DNA from: an uncultured Phycisphaerales bacterium
GTDB lineage: Bacteria; Planctomycetota; Phycisphaerae; UBA1845; CAIVHJ01
Direction of reading: 5' to 3'
DNA length: 37,449 bases
NCBI GenBank assembly: GCA_903905665.1
Contig: CAIVHJ010000381.1
Span: 1 to 37,449 of the forward strand
Positions 37,413 to 37,449 of the stretch are shown piece by piece (position 1 is the first letter of the stretch; every line of letters begins with the position of its first letter). A program made the translations under genes and the position numbers. The notes under the pieces were generated by a model. The model ran no database searches, was not told the DNA's origin, and was given only the letters and a program-made list of their open reading frames with translations.

Positions 37413-37449
37413 AACCCCCCTCCCTTCCAGGGAGGGGTTGGGGGAGGGT
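37413..37449. repeat. Palindromic REP-like element
   Basis: CCCCTCCCT-TCC-AGGGAGGGG (37417-37437) followed by TTGGGGGAGGGT; cut by the window end. Confidence 0.55.

Overview
Bacterial chromosomal window, most likely from a Planctomycetota (Phycisphaerae-like) genome; this taxon is inferred from the protein repertoire and was not verified. Most of it is ordinary housekeeping and envelope content: xfp, a Nudix hydrolase, an NtrC-like regulator, a CoA-activase pair, a YtrA-ABC cassette, comEC, an MMPL transporter, a GT-C glycosyltransferase, rpsA, a sigma70-family factor, an RluB-type pseudouridine synthase, a mannose-6-phosphate isomerase and a tRNA-binding OB protein. The stand-out is a ~3.3 kb islet (about 1950-5235) with visibly different codon usage, its own sigma70 promoter and four tightly coupled genes. 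These encode (1) a ParB CTPase-HTH protein with an RHH-like tail, (2) a ParB-type HTH protein lacking the CTPase domain, (3) a DUF6602-like PD-(D/E)xK nuclease and (4) a Zn-finger PAPS-reductase/PP-loop protein. I read this as a candidate undescribed DNA-modification or defence system. The islet is bracketed by a 168-bp direct repeat (1433-1600 and 5360-5527) from the 5' part of the neighbouring GT-C membrane gene, with 13 of 14 differences synonymous. No tRNA, rRNA, CRISPR array, integrase or transposase was seen.
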